Of a DNA stretch of 64,000 bases, positions 39,656 through 49,559 are shown piece by piece (the first letter of the stretch is position 1; each line of letters starts with the position of its first letter). A program made the translations under genes and the position numbers. Source of the DNA: an uncultured Alphaproteobacteria bacterium. GTDB lineage: Bacteria > Pseudomonadota > Alphaproteobacteria > Methylaequorales > Methylaequoraceae. The stretch lies in the NCBI GenBank assembly GCA_902563305.1, contig CACEWP010000002.1, positions 87,066-151,065 on the forward strand, in the 5' to 3' direction. Under the pieces are notes generated by a model. It was not told the DNA's origin. It did not search any database and saw only the letters and a program-made list of their open reading frames with translations.

Positions 39656-40456
39656 TTATTGTTTTTTAAACTTTAGTGTCATTCTGTCGCTTTCACCAAT
39701 TGACAGATAAAATGATTTATTTTTTTCGCCTTCAGATAACCTTGGCGGTAATGTCCAAACCCCTTTTTTATAATTCTTAAGATCCTTGTAATTAGCATTT
39801 ATTTCAGATTTATCTATTAACTTAAACCCATGTTTTTCGATATGTTTTATAAGAAATGATTCTTTTACGTAACCCTTTTGAAAATTGAAGTTTGAAGATT
39901 CATCTGCTCTATGTTGAACTATTCCAAGAATTCCGTTTTTTTTGAGAGATTTATGAAATGATTTAAAAATATTTTCAGATTTTTTCTGATCTAAAAAGTT
40001 GTGCGTGTTTCTAAATGTTAATATTAAATCAAAATAATTTTCATAATTTTTCACTCTGAATTGTTCATCAATTAAAACGTATTTTAATTTTCCAAAATTT
40101 TTTTCTTCTTTTTTAAAATAATCAACAAATTCTTTTTGAATTTTAGTAATTATATCTGCAGCATATGACGGATTTTCATATGTTGCTACATAAAAGTTAT
40201 CTGTACCATTCATATATTTACTAATTATTTCTGTATACCAACCTCTCCCAGGTATTATTTCTAGAACTTTTTTATCTCTTCTAACACCAAAAAAACTTAG
40301 TGTTTCAACTGGGTTTCTGAATTCATCTCTTTTTTTATTAATTTCTTTTCTAAATGGATTATTGACAGCATCGTTTATTAAATTTTTTTCAGCAATTACT
40401 TGTTCTGAAAAAGAAAAGAAAATAAATAACAAATAAATAAAAAAAAGTTTTATCAT
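39656..40456 (-). CDS. Exported class I SAM-dependent methyltransferase-like protein
   Basis: Signal peptide, RD..RNP.ETL.FFG, EI.PG.GWYT, TFRN.HN, GVWTLPP, IGESDRMTLKF. Confidence 0.85.
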   Translation of the reverse strand: MIKLFFIYLLFIFFSFSEQVIAEKNLINDAVNNPFRKEINKKRDEFRNPVETLSFFGVRRDKKVLEIIPGRGWYTEIISKYMNGTDNFYVATYENPSYAADIITKIQKEFVDYFKKEEKNFGKLKYVLIDEQFRVKNYENYFDLILTFRNTHNFLDQKKSENIFKSFHKSLKKNGILGIVQHRADESSNFNFQKGYVKESFLIKHIEKHGFKLIDKSEINANYKDLKNYKKGVWTLPPRLSEGEKNKSFYLSIGESDRMTLKFKKQ

Positions 40457-40457
40457 T

Positions 40458-40955
40458 TTAAATTACACTATCTATCATATCATCGATTGAAAATTCTTTA
40501 TTGACTGCATTAGTTATTAAACCCAAATCTTTTTCATTTCTTATATCCCATCCTAAAGGAGCTTTCTTTGTAAGTCCAGATCTACATGAATATGAAAAAA
40601 CTTTAAAATCTTTGACTATTTCGTGTGGTGAATACTTTTTTTCCTTGTCATGTTCGTATGGATCCTTTTTGAAAATCCCTTTTCGGTTTGGTTTAACATC
40701 CATAATTATGCTGTAAGTGAAATGATTAAGAAGAAGAAATGGATCTTTTGCTTTGACTTCTCCCAAAAATTGTATAAATGCAATTGAAGAGGTCTCTATT
40801 TCTTCTGGGGTTATTTCATCATAAAACTCTGAGAAATATGAAATGAACTTCTTCGTACTAATAAAGATGTCTACATCATTTACTATATAATCGTAAACTG
40901 TTTGAGAAATAATTACTTTAAATAACCATTCTGGACAATATCTTTCTTTACTCAT
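40458..40955 (-). CDS. Hypothetical protein
   Basis: 165 aa ORF tightly packed in the operon; no family recognised. Confidence 0.6.
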   Translation of the reverse strand: MSKERYCPEWLFKVIISQTVYDYIVNDVDIFISTKKFISYFSEFYDEITPEEIETSSIAFIQFLGEVKAKDPFLLLNHFTYSIIMDVKPNRKGIFKKDPYEHDKEKKYSPHEIVKDFKVFSYSCRSGLTKKAPLGWDIRNEKDLGLITNAVNKEFSIDDMIDSVI

Positions 40956-40957
40956 AA

Positions 40958-41275
40958 TTATATTTTTTTAATGAAGTTTTCAGCATAAGACTTTTTTATT
41001 AAAATCTTATGATTGGGTTCCATAACCTCAAAACTATAGTTATTTTTTTTTGCAAAATTTATAGCAGAATCAAGGTCACTAAAAAATAATTTAATTTGTT
41101 TTTCAGGATTTGATGAACCATTCCAACAATACTTACTGCTGATGAACGATTCATTAATATCTTTATTTGTAAGACACCATTTCTTTGAGTTTTTTAAGCC
41201 TGATTGCATAGCTGATTTAGAAGGTTTAAATATTAAAAACTTATTTTTCTTCATATTTTTTAAATCCTTTTTCAA
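40958..41275 (-). CDS. ETC complex I subunit (NDUFS4-like); start probably at internal MKKNK
   Basis: IFKPSKSAMQSG....KW, Q.KL.F...AINFA, KSYAENF. Confidence 0.8.
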   Translation of the reverse strand: MKKDLKNMKKNKFLIFKPSKSAMQSGLKNSKKWCLTNKDINESFISSKYCWNGSSNPEKQIKLFFSDLDSAINFAKKNNYSFEVMEPNHKILIKKSYAENFIKKI

Positions 41276-42413
41276 GGTCCATTATTAAATCTTCTGTTGA
41301 TTCTAAACCAATATGAATTCTAAACCAATAAAATGAATTTTTATAGTAATTTATAGAAGGTTTAAGTTGATTTAAAGGAAGAATCAAACTTTCATATCCA
41401 CCCCAACTGAAGCCAATTTTGAAAAAATCTAAGGAATCTAAAAATTTATTTATTTTATTGGTTTTTATTATAGAGAAAGTTATTAATCCGTTTGCATTTT
41501 TAAAATACTTTTTCCAGAGTAGGTGGTGAGTATTATTTTTATCTGGCAAGAAAAAAATATCATTAACGTATTTATTCTTTTTTAAATATTCAAAGATTAC
41601 ATTTGCATTTTCTTGATGTTTTTTTAACCTAATATTAAGAGTTCTTAGACCTCTTATTGAAGTGTAACAAGAATCAGATGAGACATAATCTCCTAAACGT
41701 ACTGCAGTTTTTTTAATTTTTTTAAAATTATTATTAGAGCAAGCAATAATTCCGCAAAAATTATCTGAATGGCCAGAGATATATTTTGTACACGACTCAA
41801 TAACAACATCAACTCCCCATTTTAATGGATTAAACCCCTTAAACGTTGCCCATGTATTATCCATAATAGTTACAATTTTATTTTTTTTTGCAATTTTTAC
41901 AATTTTTTCTATATCCTCTACTTCAAAATTTAATGAACCAGGAGATTCAATGTAAATTATCCTTGTTTTTTTATTTATTAGTTTAATTAATTTTTCAATG
42001 TTATTGTTCTTGTAAAAACGTGTTTTAATTCCAAATCTTAGAAGTTCTTTATCACAAAAATTAAAAACTGGCTCATAGCAATTTTCAGTGACTAGAATTT
42101 CATCTCCTTTGTTTAAGAACGATAATAAGGTGATGGTTATTGCTGACAAGCCAGAACTTGTAATGATTGAGGCCTCGCTTTCATATAGTTTACATACAAT
42201 TTGTTCGAATCTTTTAACTGAATAATTCCCTAATCTTCCATAATAAGGAAGTTTGAATTTATTTTTTTTTGCTCGTAAAAAACTATCATAATTTTTAAAA
42301 ATAATAGTAGAGGTTTTGTAAATTGGATCGCTAAGTGAGCCAAAATGTATATCCGGATCACTACCTAATTTTATTAATTTTGACTCAGTTTTATTTTTCC
42401 CCATTCTGCCCAT
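41241..42413 (-). CDS. metC: Cystathionine beta-lyase
   Basis: YGRLG, ESPGS..FEV.D, DNTWAT, TKYISGHSD, GFSWGGYESL, RIHIGLE. Confidence 0.88.
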   Translation of the reverse strand: MGRMGKNKTESKLIKLGSDPDIHFGSLSDPIYKTSTIIFKNYDSFLRAKKNKFKLPYYGRLGNYSVKRFEQIVCKLYESEASIITSSGLSAITITLLSFLNKGDEILVTENCYEPVFNFCDKELLRFGIKTRFYKNNNIEKLIKLINKKTRIIYIESPGSLNFEVEDIEKIVKIAKKNKIVTIMDNTWATFKGFNPLKWGVDVVIESCTKYISGHSDNFCGIIACSNNNFKKIKKTAVRLGDYVSSDSCYTSIRGLRTLNIRLKKHQENANVIFEYLKKNKYVNDIFFLPDKNNTHHLLWKKYFKNANGLITFSIIKTNKINKFLDSLDFFKIGFSWGGYESLILPLNQLKPSINYYKNSFYWFRIHIGLESTEDLIMDLEKGFKKYEEK

Positions 42414-43231
42414 GATCCGTCATACAATTTAACATTTTTACATCCTAATATATTTAGAGCAAAAATAATATTACAAGCTGTAACTCCTGACCCACAATAA
42501 CATATTATGATATTATTTTTTTCAATTTTATTTTTTGTAAATATAATATTTTCCAATTGACTAAAATTTTTGATAGAAGAATTATTATCAATAATACTAT
42601 CGAATGGAATGTTTATACTAAACATTATGTTTCCCTTTTTTAAATTTGGTCTTGGCTCCTCTACATTTCCGAAATATCTATTTTCAGGTCTTGCGTCAAT
42701 AATTTTGGTATTGCTTTTTTTATTAATTATTATTTTTTCTAATTCTTTTTTTGAAATAATATTATTTGAAGCAGTGGTTTTTAGATTAAAATTTGATTTA
42801 ATAATTTTTTTAACAACATTTGTTGTTGGTAATTTAAGTTTTTTCCATTTTTTTATTCCTCCATTCAAAATTTTTATCTTTTTAAAACCAAAAAACATAA
42901 ATGTAAACCATACTCTCGTAGAAGAAAAAAAACCTTCTTGATCGTATATAATAATTTGATGCTCATGGTTTAATCCATTTTTTTTCGCAAAATTAATAAA
43001 TTTATCTTTTTTAGGAATCATATGAGGTAAACTGATTGAATTATCTGACAACTTTTCAAGGTCAAAGAAAATTGCCCCTTCAAGATGAGATTTGTTATAT
43101 TCTTTTTGACCTTTATTAGGCTCGTTTAGAAACCATCTTGCATCGATAATTTTAATTTTTTCATTATCTTTTAAAGCTAAAAGCTCAGTAGAATTAATGA
43201 TGTAATTATTTAAAGGATTCTTTAAAGCCAT
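42374..43231 (-). CDS. sseA: 3-mercaptopyruvate sulfurtransferase (tandem rhodanese)
   Basis: HL.GA.FFD, LPHM.P, DAR...R..G, active loop CGSGVTA, LYDGSWAEW. Confidence 0.9.
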   Translation of the reverse strand: MALKNPLNNYIINSTELLALKDNEKIKIIDARWFLNEPNKGQKEYNKSHLEGAIFFDLEKLSDNSISLPHMIPKKDKFINFAKKNGLNHEHQIIIYDQEGFFSSTRVWFTFMFFGFKKIKILNGGIKKWKKLKLPTTNVVKKIIKSNFNLKTTASNNIISKKELEKIIINKKSNTKIIDARPENRYFGNVEEPRPNLKKGNIMFSINIPFDSIIDNNSSIKNFSQLENIIFTKNKIEKNNIIICYCGSGVTACNIIFALNILGCKNVKLYDGSWAEWGKIKLSQN

Positions 43232-44223
43232 TCTGGGATAGGTAGTTTTTTCTCTGATAGAAACTTTTTATTAAAAATTTTGCTTTCATACTTTGTTCCA
43301 TAGTCGCATAAAATTGTTACAATCTTTTTGTTTGGTCCAATCATTTTTCCTAGTTTTATTGCTCCCATTATATTGATTCCAGATGATCCTCCTAAAATCA
43401 AACCTTCTTTTTGAATCATTTTGTATACTATATCAAGTGCCTCTATGTCTGATATTTGAAAAGATTCATCAATAACTATATTTTCTAAATTTCTTGTAAT
43501 TCTTCCTTGTCCAATCCCTTCAGTAATAGACGTTCCAGATGATTCTAATTTACCTTCCTTGAAATAGTTATGCATTGCTGATCCCATTGGGTCAGCTAAA
43601 CCAATAATTATTTTTTTATTTTTTTCTTTTAAAAAATCTGATACGCCTGAGATTGTTCCACCAGTTCCTATAGAACAAATGAATCCGTCTATTTTTCCGT
43701 CAAGTTGATTATATATTTCAGGACCCGTTGAGAGATAATGAGCCTTTTTATTCGAAAGATTATCAAATTGATTGGCCCATAACACACCGTGTTCATTTAT
43801 TAACGTTTTAGATAAATTTTCAGAAAATCTAATATAATTTCCAGGATTTTTGTAAGGTAAAGCATCAACTAGTCTTAGGTCAGCACCGCACAATTTTAGC
43901 ATTTTCTTTTTTTCATTACTTTGTGTCTTTGGCATAACAATAATTGACTTCATTCCTAACGAATTTCCTACTAGGCAAAGACCTATCCCTGTATTTCCTG
44001 CAGTACCTTCAACAATTGTTCCTCCTTTTTCAATATTTTTATCTTTTATTGCATCTTGGATGATTTGAAGTGCAGGCCTATCTTTAACGGATCCTCCAGG
44101 GTTAAGAAATTCACATTTTCCATATATATCGCAACCTGAAATCTCGGAGGCGATCTGTAGTTTAATAATAGGAGTGTTGCCTATACATTCCGAAAAGTTA
44201 TTTTTAAGTCGACTAATTTTCAT
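43222..44223 (-). CDS. cysK: Cysteine synthase
   Basis: IGNTP, EFLNPGGSVKDR, EGTAGNTGIG, GTGGT, TEGIG. Confidence 0.92.
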   Translation of the reverse strand: MKISRLKNNFSECIGNTPIIKLQIASEISGCDIYGKCEFLNPGGSVKDRPALQIIQDAIKDKNIEKGGTIVEGTAGNTGIGLCLVGNSLGMKSIIVMPKTQSNEKKKMLKLCGADLRLVDALPYKNPGNYIRFSENLSKTLINEHGVLWANQFDNLSNKKAHYLSTGPEIYNQLDGKIDGFICSIGTGGTISGVSDFLKEKNKKIIIGLADPMGSAMHNYFKEGKLESSGTSITEGIGQGRITRNLENIVIDESFQISDIEALDIVYKMIQKEGLILGGSSGINIMGAIKLGKMIGPNKKIVTILCDYGTKYESKIFNKKFLSEKKLPIPEWL

Positions 44224-44316
44224 CTGGATTAATTTTTTAAAAAGATATTAAACTTTTTTTTGGTAAATCATATACAATAAGTAAACAATAGTTTAACTTA
44301 AAAATTTAATAAAATA

Positions 44317-45174
44317 ATGACAAATTTTTTTTTAAAAACTTTAGTTTTCTTATTTTTTATAAATAACCCAGCTTTTTCTTTTGAAGTTAAGTGGATAGTA
44401 GATGGTCTTAATGAACCTGAGTCGGTTATTTATGATAAAAAAAGTGATTCTATTTATATATCCAATATTAATGGTAGTCCACTTGAGCTTGATAAAAATG
44501 GTTACATCAGCAAAATTAGTGTAAATGGACAAATTTTAGAAAGAAAATGGGTAACGGGTCTAAATGCACCAAAGGGACTTGCTATACATGATAATTTTTT
44601 ATTTGTGGCTGATATAAACAAAATCTGGAAGATATCACTTTCTGATAAAAAAAAGATACATTTTTTGATAAATGATGCAGGTTTTCTTAATGACCTGGTG
44701 GCAAATAAAGATGGATCTATCTATGCTTCCGATATGTTTAAAAATAGAATTTACAGATTAAAAAATAATAAATTGAGTATTTGGAAACAAAGTAAATTAC
44801 TTGAGTCTCCCAATGGTCTACTTATTGAAGGAAATCACTTAATAATTGCCTGTTGGGGAAAAATAAAAAGTGGATTTGATACAGAAGTTAAAGGTAAGTT
44901 AATAAAGGTTAATCTTGAATCTAGACAAATTAAAAAATTTTTTAGTAGTCGTCCGATAGGGAACTTAGACGGTATAGTTTTTAATAAAAACGGTGGATAC
45001 TTATCCACGGACTGGGTAAATGGAAAACTAATTTCAATAAATAAAAAAGGCATTGTTACAGCAACAAAAAAAATTAATAAGGGTGCAGCAGATTTAGAAA
45101 TATTAATGCACAGAAATCTAATCTTAGTTCCAATGATGAGAAATAATAATCTTACTGCATTTGAATTTAATTAA
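44317..45174 (+). CDS. Exported SMP-30/gluconolactonase-like beta-propeller
   Basis: Signal peptide, PESV, GLNAPKG, FLND, PNGL, LDG, AAD. Confidence 0.75.
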   Translation: MTNFFLKTLVFLFFINNPAFSFEVKWIVDGLNEPESVIYDKKSDSIYISNINGSPLELDKNGYISKISVNGQILERKWVTGLNAPKGLAIHDNFLFVADINKIWKISLSDKKKIHFLINDAGFLNDLVANKDGSIYASDMFKNRIYRLKNNKLSIWKQSKLLESPNGLLIEGNHLIIACWGKIKSGFDTEVKGKLIKVNLESRQIKKFFSSRPIGNLDGIVFNKNGGYLSTDWVNGKLISINKKGIVTATKKINKGAADLEILMHRNLILVPMMRNNNLTAFEFN

Positions 45175-45894
45175 GTGAGTCTTAAATCTTTAAGTACAAA
45201 AAACTTATCTAAAAAATATGATAATAAAACAGTAATTAATGAGGTTACAATTAATTTACCTTCAAAAGGTATTTTTGGTGTTCTAGGGAAAAATGGAGCT
45301 GGTAAAACTACTTTTTTAGCTATGTTAATGGGTCTTATCAAACCAACATCCGGGAATATATCAATTTTTGAAAAATCTTTAGAATACCGTAAGTATGAAA
45401 TTCTAAAGGAGATTAATTTTCAAAGCCCATATGTAGAACTTCCTAAAAAGATGACAGTTGAACAAAATCTTCTTTTTTATGCAAGGTTATATGAAGTTAA
45501 AAATTCAAAAGAGAAGGTTCATAGACTCTCTAAAGATCTTTTAGTTACAAAATTACTTGATAGTAACTATGGTACATTATCTTCTGGTCAAAAGACCAGG
45601 GTGAATTTATGCAAAGCACTTTTAAATGATCCCAAGTTATTACTACTTGATGAGCCTACCGCATCTCTGGATGTTTCTACCTCAGAGTTTATAAGGAGAT
45701 ATTTAATAGATTTTCAAAAGAAAAATAATTCTGCTATTATTATTACTTCTCATAACTTAGATGAAATTGAAGAAATGTGCTCTTATATAATTCTTTTGGA
45801 TAAGGGTAAAGTTACTTTTGATGGAAGTAAGACCAGTCTTTTTAAAAATAATAAATACTCTTCCTTAAAGGAATTTTTTTTAAATGATAAATAG
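45175..45894 (+). CDS. ABC transporter ATP-binding protein
   Basis: GKNGAGKTT, LSSGQ, LLLDEPT; GTG start. Confidence 0.93.
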   Translation: MSLKSLSTKNLSKKYDNKTVINEVTINLPSKGIFGVLGKNGAGKTTFLAMLMGLIKPTSGNISIFEKSLEYRKYEILKEINFQSPYVELPKKMTVEQNLLFYARLYEVKNSKEKVHRLSKDLLVTKLLDSNYGTLSSGQKTRVNLCKALLNDPKLLLLDEPTASLDVSTSEFIRRYLIDFQKKNNSAIIITSHNLDEIEEMCSYIILLDKGKVTFDGSKTSLFKNNKYSSLKEFFLNDK

Positions 45895-46675
45895 AATAAT
45901 AGCACTACTTATAAGGTATAAAAATATTGCTTTTGGGTCATTTCCAAGATTATTAAGTATTTTTTATTGGCCTACCGTACAAATTCTTTTCTGGGGATAT
46001 TTCACAAATTTTTTTGTTTCAAATAATGAAATGGGTGTTTGGACTGCATTAAACATAATTTTATCTGCAGTTGTGCTTTGGGATGTGCTTTTCAGAGGAC
46101 AATTGGGTTTAACGATGTCTTTTTTTGAAGAGTTGTGGTCTAGAAATCTACCTAATTTATTCATAACTCCAGTGAAAGACTATGAAATTGTAATTAGTTT
46201 AGTTTTAATAAGCTTTATCAGAACAATTATTGGCATCACTCCAGCAATTTTTTTTGCAAATTATTTTTTTGAATTTCATCTTTTTGAATTAGGAGTAAAT
46301 CTTATTTTTTTATTTGCAAATCTACTTATGATAGGGTGGTCGATTGGATTTATAGTTTCAGGTTTGGTTCTGAGATATGGTCAAGCATTCGAAGAATTAG
46401 CGTGGGCAATAATTTTTATAATCCTTCCTTTTTCATGTGTATATTACCCACTGAGTTCACTACCAGATTTAATTCAGAAAATTGCTATAATTTTACCAAC
46501 AGTGCATATTTTTGAATCAATGAGATTAATCCTAATTGAACAAAAGATTATTACTGGAAATTTTATACTAATTATAAGTTTAAATGTATTTTACATTACT
46601 TTAAGTATTAACTTTTTTTTAAAGATGATTGAAGTAGCCAGAGAGAAGGGATTATTATTTAATCAAGGTGAATGA
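45884..46675 (+). CDS. ABC-2 type permease
   Basis: Six TM helices, YWP, EELWSRNL.NLF..P, YYP...LP. Confidence 0.88.
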   Translation: MINRIIALLIRYKNIAFGSFPRLLSIFYWPTVQILFWGYFTNFFVSNNEMGVWTALNIILSAVVLWDVLFRGQLGLTMSFFEELWSRNLPNLFITPVKDYEIVISLVLISFIRTIIGITPAIFFANYFFEFHLFELGVNLIFLFANLLMIGWSIGFIVSGLVLRYGQAFEELAWAIIFIILPFSCVYYPLSSLPDLIQKIAIILPTVHIFESMRLILIEQKIITGNFILIISLNVFYITLSINFFLKMIEVAREKGLLFNQGE

Positions 46676-46677
46676 TA

Positions 46678-47598
46678 TTATAACTTATATCTAACTGAAT
46701 TTTTGTCAGAATAATTGTAAATAAATAAACAAGATTCTTTTATTAAATTTAAATAATCTTTTCTCCCTAGAAACAAACAAATTTTATAGAAGCTCATTTT
46801 ATTGAATTTAGTTTTTTTCATTTCTCGACGAAACCACTTCTCAGTTCGGCCTAAAGACTTTTTACATGCAACTTTTATAATTGATTCTGCCATTTTATTT
46901 TCTTTAATAAAATAATATAAAGCCGCATTATAGTCATGAATTAGTTGTGTTTTTTGACTCACCATAATTCTATTTTTATCATCCTTAGGTCCGTAGGATG
47001 TCACATTATCTATAAAACTAAAATCACCTAATTTTGATAAACCCAAAACTAAAGAAAAATCTTCAACAAAAATCTTTTTATTACATCCACCGGTTTTTTT
47101 TATAGATTTGTTGCAATAAAGATTTGGAGTTGTGCCTGAAAAACTTGATCGAACCGTTTCTAAAAGAGGATTCTTTAGTATTCGAAAATTTTTTATATAA
47201 GCATTTTCATAATTAATTTTTTTATAACTTCTTAATAATTTGTAAGAACTAAATGCAGCTACGCTTTTTTTTTTGGTAATTGTTTTTAATAAAATTTCAG
47301 AACAAAATGGAGCCATAACATCATCTCCACCTACAAGCTTTATATAATCTCCCTTAGCTCTACTAATTCCAAATTGAGTGGCACTGGCTGGTCCAGAGTT
47401 ACTTTGATTTAAAATAATTGTATTTTTCCATCCTGCGGTTTTTTTTTTTATCAATTCAAGGGAACCATCTGTTGAGCCATCATTTACAAAAATATATTCT
47501 TTTTCAAACTCGCCAGTTTGATTCTTAATTGAGTTTAGAACATCTTTTAAATATTTTTTTTTATTAAATACTGGACAAATGAAACTTATTTTTGTCAT
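46678..47598 (-). CDS. GT2 glycosyltransferase
   Basis: ICPVFN, VNDGSTDGS, GGDD, VED. Confidence 0.85.
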   Translation of the reverse strand: MTKISFICPVFNKKKYLKDVLNSIKNQTGEFEKEYIFVNDGSTDGSLELIKKKTAGWKNTIILNQSNSGPASATQFGISRAKGDYIKLVGGDDVMAPFCSEILLKTITKKKSVAAFSSYKLLRSYKKINYENAYIKNFRILKNPLLETVRSSFSGTTPNLYCNKSIKKTGGCNKKIFVEDFSLVLGLSKLGDFSFIDNVTSYGPKDDKNRIMVSQKTQLIHDYNAALYYFIKENKMAESIIKVACKKSLGRTEKWFRREMKKTKFNKMSFYKICLFLGRKDYLNLIKESCLFIYNYSDKNSVRYKL

Positions 47599-47599
47599 T

Positions 47600-48601
47600 C
47601 TAGAAAAGTTTTTCTTTCCATGTTTTAGGTGTTTTTGAGTTTAAAATCTCAAGATCAAGGTGATATCTAAATTTTTTAATACCTTTATCTTTGATGAAAT
47701 CTATCATTTTCTTTAACCCGTCATCTAATTTGGTTTTTGTATTATAGTTCAATATTTTTCTTGCTTTGTCTGCACTACAAGTTGCCTCTAAAACTTCTTG
47801 GGGTCTTCCTTTTACATACTTTGGATTAAGATTAAATTTCAATTGATTGGCAATTTTCTCAGCTAAATTATTTATTGTGATAAATTCTTCATCAGGACCA
47901 ATGTTTATGATCTGACTTTTAACATCTTCATTTGTTGCCATCTCTTTTAAACAAAATAAATCATCATCAATGTAGGAAAAGCATCTTTTTTGTTCTCCGT
48001 TCCCGTAGATATAAGGTTGTCTATTTTGGAGCATTAGATTTATCATTATTGAAGCAACATTTCTGTAGGGATCATCATATTTTTGTCTAGGACCAATAAT
48101 ATTATGTGGAACAGCAATAACGTATTCAACATTGTGAACATTGCAAAGATTTTTTAAAATATCTTCTGCAGCAACTTTTGCTATTCCATAAGGATCTTGA
48201 GGTGCAGGTTTATAATCTTCCTTAAAGGGTACTTTATTTGTTCCGTACCTTGCCATTGAGGAACAATAGACAATTCTTTTAACTTTATTTTCAATTGCTG
48301 CACTAAATAATGACACTGATCCAGTTACAATGTTCTGAGTGATAAGATGAGGAGAAAATACAGACAGTCCTTCATAAGCCGTTGCGGCTGTGTGATAAAC
48401 TAAGTCACAACCTTTGGTGATTTTTAACATTGAATTTCTGAAACAACAATCGTATTGATAGAATTCAGCTTCGACTGGAACATTGTCAAGTTCACCACCA
48501 ATCAAGCTATCACAACCAACAACATGATGACCGTCTTTGATAAAGGCATCTGCTAGATGACTACCAAGAAAACCAGCTATTCCACTTATAAATATCTTCA
48601 T
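47600..48601 (-). CDS. NAD-dependent epimerase/dehydratase
   Basis: GIAGFLGSH, SSMARYG, YGIAK (YxxxK), HNIIGPRQ. Confidence 0.92.
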   Translation of the reverse strand: MKIFISGIAGFLGSHLADAFIKDGHHVVGCDSLIGGELDNVPVEAEFYQYDCCFRNSMLKITKGCDLVYHTAATAYEGLSVFSPHLITQNIVTGSVSLFSAAIENKVKRIVYCSSMARYGTNKVPFKEDYKPAPQDPYGIAKVAAEDILKNLCNVHNVEYVIAVPHNIIGPRQKYDDPYRNVASIMINLMLQNRQPYIYGNGEQKRCFSYIDDDLFCLKEMATNEDVKSQIINIGPDEEFITINNLAEKIANQLKFNLNPKYVKGRPQEVLEATCSADKARKILNYNTKTKLDDGLKKMIDFIKDKGIKKFRYHLDLEILNSKTPKTWKEKLF

Positions 48602-48607
48602 AAATTA

Positions 48608-48683
48608 TGGCTCCGGCGACAGGACTCGAACCTGTGACCCAGCGATTAACAGTCGCTTGCTCTACCAACTGAGCTACGCCGGA
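48608..48683 (-). tRNA. tRNA-Asn(GTT)
   Basis: Minus strand TCCGGCGTAGCTCAGTTGGTAGAGCAAGCGACTGTTAATCGCTGGGTCACAGGTTCGAGTCCTGTCGCCGGAGCCA. Confidence 0.96.
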
Positions 48684-48735
48684 ATTAGGGTTATAATAGT
48701 AAAATTTTTTGAATTGTAAAACATTTAAAAATACT

Positions 48736-48809
48736 TGGAGGTGCGGACCGGATTCGAACCGGTGTACACGGCTTTGCAGGCCGGTGCGTAGCCTCTCCGC
48801 CACCGCACC
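48736..48809 (-). tRNA. tRNA-Cys(GCA)
   Basis: Minus strand GGTGCGG...CGGC-CTGCAAA-GCCG...GGTTCGAATCC...CCGCACC-T-CCA; U73 discriminator. Confidence 0.95.
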
Positions 48810-48884
48810 TCATTAAATTCTTAAACATTGTAATAAATATTAATACTTATATATTAAAGTTTAAATGATTAATAGCCTAATATA

Positions 48885-49559
48885 ATGAATAGTAACTTTT
48901 TTGAAATAGCTAGAGCAAACATGGTTAACAATCAATTATTACCTAATGGTGTTAAAAATTCTAAACTCATAGATTCATTCGATAGTACCAAAAAAGAATT
49001 ATTCGTACCTGAAACCGAGAAAGACGTTGTATATAGCGATTCAGATATAATGATTGCACCGAAAAGGTACCTAATGAGATCATTTGTATTAGGAAAAATG
49101 TTTGAAAATTTTAGTTTTTCAAAAGAAGACTCTATACTAGTAATTGGTTGTCTAACAGGTTATTCAGTTGCAATACTTTCAAATTTAGTTAGTTATGTTT
49201 TTGGTATAGAAAATGATAAAAAAATTGTGGAACAAGCAAATAACAATTTATCTAAAATGGGTTATCTAAATTGCTCTGTTTTTTTTAAATCTAATTTAAT
49301 ATCAGGAAATAATAAAAACGCTCCATATGATAAAATTTTTATTGAAGGAGCTGTCAAATCAATACCAAAAATTTTGATTAAACAATTAAAAGATAATGGT
49401 GAAATCTACACAGTTCTCAAAGAGAATGATCATATTGGTCAATTTGTTAAAGGTCAAAAAATTAATTCATTAATTTCGTTCACAAAACTTTTCAACACAA
49501 CTTTGCATGAATTGGAAGATTTCATAATCCAGGATAATGATTATGAAAATGATTTATAA
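48885..49559 (+). CDS. pcm: Protein-L-isoaspartate O-methyltransferase family protein
   Basis: AR.NMV..QL.PNGV, E.FVP, TGYS.A.L, APYDKIFIEG; pcm-tolC synteny. Confidence 0.82.
   Translation: MNSNFFEIARANMVNNQLLPNGVKNSKLIDSFDSTKKELFVPETEKDVVYSDSDIMIAPKRYLMRSFVLGKMFENFSFSKEDSILVIGCLTGYSVAILSNLVSYVFGIENDKKIVEQANNNLSKMGYLNCSVFFKSNLISGNNKNAPYDKIFIEGAVKSIPKILIKQLKDNGEIYTVLKENDHIGQFVKGQKINSLISFTKLFNTTLHELEDFIIQDNDYENDL

Noticed and set aside
45175..46675. Lanthanide/PQQ-associated (Lut/Ped-type) ABC transporter
   Set aside because: The permease looks like a generic ABC-2 family member; no substrate-binding protein or PQQ-ADH is adjacent
48561..48803. 80-aa ORF on the minus strand
   Set aside because: It is a translation of the tRNA-Cys and tRNA-Asn genes
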